NCBI GenBank assembly: GCA_002269645.1
Contig: NIVC01000659.1
Coordinates: 310,001 to 374,000, forward strand
Length of the DNA stretch: 64,000 nt
Source: Macrostomum lignano
Lineage: Eukaryota
Direction of reading: 5' to 3'
The position numbers and the translations under genes are program-made. Shown piece by piece: positions 60,561-64,000 of the stretch (positions within the stretch are counted from its first letter, which is position 1; each line of letters begins with the position of its first letter). The notes beneath the pieces were generated by a model. The model saw nothing but the letters and a program-made list of their open reading frames with translations, had not been told where the DNA came from and made no database searches.

Positions 60561-63500
60561 ACTCAGATATGAGATTGTACACATCATTAGAGTGTGTCAG
60601 TCGGTGTCACCCGCAGAAAGAATCGTGTGTCTAGCTTAATCTGCTTTCCAGATATTCGCAGGCGGAGATTCCGGAAAATTCCTATACATTTAAATGGGGA
60701 AATCCAGGAAAATCAATCAGAAATTGCCAAGCTGTATCAATAGACTCAGATATGAGATTGTACACATCATTAGAGTGTGTCAGTCGGTGTCACCCGCAGA
60801 AAGAATCGTGTGTCTAGCTTAATCTGCTTTCCAGATATTCGCAGGCGGAGATTCCGGAAAATTCCTATACATTTAAATGGGGAAATCCAGGAAAATCAAT
60901 CAGAAATTGCCCAGCTGTATCAATAGACTCAGATATGAGATTGTACACATCATTAGAGTGTGCCAGTCGGTGTCACCCGCAGAAAGAATCGTGTGTCTAG
61001 CTTAATCTGCTTTCCAGATATTCGCAGGCGGAGATTCCGGAAAATTCCTATACATTTAAATGGGGAAATCCAGGAAAATCAATCAGAAATTGCCCAGCTG
61101 TATCAATAGACTCAGATATGAGATTGTACACATCATTAGAGTGTGCCAGTCGGTGTCACCCGCAGAAAGAATCGTGTGTCTAGCTTAATCTGCTTTCCAG
61201 ATATTCGCAGGCGGAGATTCCGGAAAATTCCTATACATTTAAATGGGGAAATCCAGGAAAATCAATCAGAAATTGCCAAGCTGTATCAATAGACTCAGAT
61301 ATGAGATTGTACACATCATTAGAGTGTGTCAGTCGGTGTCACCCGCAGAAAGAATCGTGTGTCTAGCTTAATCTGCTTTCCAGATATTCGCAGGCGGAGA
61401 TTCCGGAAAATTCCTATACATTTAAATGGGGAAATCCAGGAAAATCAATCAGAAATTGCCAAGCTGTATCAATAGACTCAGATATGAGATTGTACACATC
61501 ATTAGAGTGTGCCAGTCGGTGTCACCCGCAGAAAGAATCGTGTGTCTAGCTTAATCTGCTTTCCAGATATTCGCAGGCGGAGATTCCGGAAAATTCCTAT
61601 ACATTTAAATGGGGAAATCCAGGAAAATCAATCAGAAATTGCCAAGCTGTATCAATAGACTCAGATATGAGATTGTACACATCATTAGAGTGTGCCAGTC
61701 GGTGTCACCCGCAGAAAGAATCGTGTGTCTAGCTTAATCTGCTTTCCAGATATTCGCAGGCGGAGATTCCGGAAAATTCCTATACATTTAAATGGGGAAA
61801 TCCAGGAAAATCAATCAGAAATTGCCAAGCTGTATCAATAGACTCAGATATGAGATTGTACACATCATTAGAGTGTGCCAGTCGGTGTCACCCGCAGAAA
61901 GAATCGTGTGTCTAGCTTAATCTGCTTTCCAGATATTCGCAGGCGGAGATTCCGGAAAATTCCTATACATTTAAATGGGGAAATCCAGGAAAATCAATCA
62001 GAAATTGCCAAGCTGTATCAATAGACTCAGATATGAGATTGTACACATCATTAGAGTGTGTCAGTCGGTGTCACCCACAGAAAGAATCGTGTGTCTAGCT
62101 TAATCTGCTTTCCAGATATTCGCAGGCGGAGATTCCGGAAAATTCCTATACATTTAAATGGGGAAATCCAGGAAAATCAATCAGAAATTGCCAAGCTGTA
62201 TCAATAGACTCAGATATGAGATTGTACACATCATTAGAGTGTGCCAGTCGGTGTCACCCGCAGAAAGAATCGTGTGTCTAGCTTAATCTGCTTTCCAGAT
62301 ATTCGCAGGCGGAGATTCCGGAAAATTCCTATACATTTAAATGGGGAAATCCAGGAAAATCAATCAGAAATTGCCCAGCTGTATCAATAGACTCAGATAT
62401 GAGATTGTACACATCATTAGAGTGTGTCAGTCGGTGTCACCCGCAGAAAGAATCGTGTGTCTAGCTTAATCTGCTTTCCAGATATTCGCAGGCGGAGATT
62501 CCGGAAAATTCCTATACATTTAAATGGGGAAATCCAGGAAAATCAATCAGAAATTGCCCAGCTGTATCAATAGACTCAGATATGAGATTGTACACATCAT
62601 TAGAGTGTGCCAGTCGGTGTCACCCGCAGAAAGAATCGTGTGTCTAGCTTAATCTGCTTTCCAGATATTCGCAGGCGGAGATTCCGGAAAATTCCTATAC
62701 ATTTAAATGGGGAAATCCAGGAAAATCAATCAGAAATTGCCAAGCTGTATCAATAGACTCAGATATGAGATTGTACACATCATTAGAGTGTGTCAGTCGG
62801 TGTCACCCGCAGAAAGAATCGTGTGTCTAGCTTAATCTGCTTTCCAGATATTCGCAGGCGGAGATTCCGGAAAATTCCTATACATTTAAATGGGGAAATC
62901 CAGGAAAATCAATCAGAAATTGCCAAGCTGTATCAATAGACTCAGATATGAGATTGTACACATCATTAGAGTGTGTCAGTCGGTGTCACCCGCAGAAAGA
63001 ATCGTGTGTCTAGCTTAATCTGCTTTCCAGATATTCGCAGGCGGAGATTCCGGAAAATTCCTATACATTTAAATGGGGAAATCCAGGAAAATCAATCAGA
63101 AATTGCCAAGCTGTATCAATAGACTCAGATATGAGATTGTACACATCATTAGAGTGTGCCAGTCGGTGTCACCCGCAGAAAGAATCGTGTGTCTAGCTTA
63201 ATCTGCTTTCCAGATATTCGCAGGCGGAGATTCCGGAAAATTCCTATACATTTAAATGGGGAAATCCAGGAAAATCAATCAGAAATTGCCAAGCTGTATC
63301 AATAGACTCAGATATGAGATTGTACACATCATTAGAGTGTGCCAGTCGGTGTCACCCGCAGAAAGAATCGTGTGTCTAGCTTAATCTGCTTTCCAGATAT
63401 TCGCAGGCGGAGATTCCGGAAAATTCCTATACATTTAAATGGGGAAATCCAGGAAAATCAATCAGAAATTGCCAAGCTGTATCAATAGACTCAGATATGA

Positions 63501-63769
63501 GATTGTACACATCATTAGAGTGTGCCAGTCGGTGTCACCCGCAGAAAGAATCGTGTGTCTAGCTTAATCTGCTTTCCAGATATTCGCAGGCGGAGATTCC
63601 GGAAAATTCCTATACATTTAAATGGGGAAATCCAGGAAAATCAATCAGAAATTGCCAAGCTGTATCAATAGACTCAGATATGAGATTGTACACATCATTA
63701 GAGTGTGCCAGTCGGTGTCACCCGCAGAAAGAATCGTGTGTCTAGCTTAATCTGCTTTCCAGATATTCG
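60561..63769. repeat. 183-bp satellite array, ~17.5 near-identical copies
   Basis: Period measured from actcagatat at 60561, 60744 and 60927. Only a few variant sites (gtgtcag/gtgccag, gccaag/gcccag). Confidence 0.97.
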
Positions 63770-64000
63770 TTTTTCAAAGGCGGAGTTTTTATTAATTTGT
63801 TTATTTTTATTTATTTTCAATTTCGCGCTGCAGGCGCTGATTTGTTGCCCTGCAGCAAATACATGTGTGCAAAGCAGTAAAAACCAAAAGTAAGAGTAAA
63901 AAAATAAGCAAAAAAGTGCAAAATGTGGATGGGCCAGATACCATTGCTGCTTCCCACTTAAAAAAGTGGGGGAAGCCATGCCTTACTGTCCTCGCCCCGT

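Noticed and set aside
60561-63769. CRISPR-like array (also considered for the 52-bp and ~96-bp repeats)
   Set aside because: There are no unique spacers, the context is eukaryotic, and no cas genes are present.

Overview
Eukaryotic (metazoan) genomic DNA, very rich in tandem repeats. The overall style resembles a Macrostomum-like flatworm, but that is inference only. Four protein-coding genes can be supported. (1) A 3-exon AMFR/gp78-like ERAD E3 ligase (+, 11980-16380, 625 aa). (2) A 13-exon CNBD1/2-like cyclic-nucleotide-binding protein (-, 39021-18440, about 833 aa) with an in-frame (ENPT)n repeat and a predicted GC-AG intron. (3) A secreted WSC+PAN/Apple gene (+, 28552-29590) nested antisense in the 10-kb intron of gene 2. 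(4) A single-exon secreted peptide-precursor-like ORF (+, 53784-54173). Mobile elements include a PHD-FLYWCH-MULE transposase pseudogene with terminal inverted repeats (TIRs), a family of non-autonomous CATAC...GTATG elements with 8-bp target-site duplications (TSDs; one copy has an empty-site paralogue, one is a hairpin that breaks the MULE transposase), other small TIR elements, an RTE/RTEX-like LINE with a twin-priming-type 5' inversion inside a (CTAA)n tract, and a decayed piggyBac transposase. About 30 micro/minisatellites are present, nearly one private minisatellite per intron of genes 1 and 2, and a homogeneous 183-bp satellite lies near the window end. All gene models were assembled by eye from splice signals and reading-frame phase; no database searches were run.
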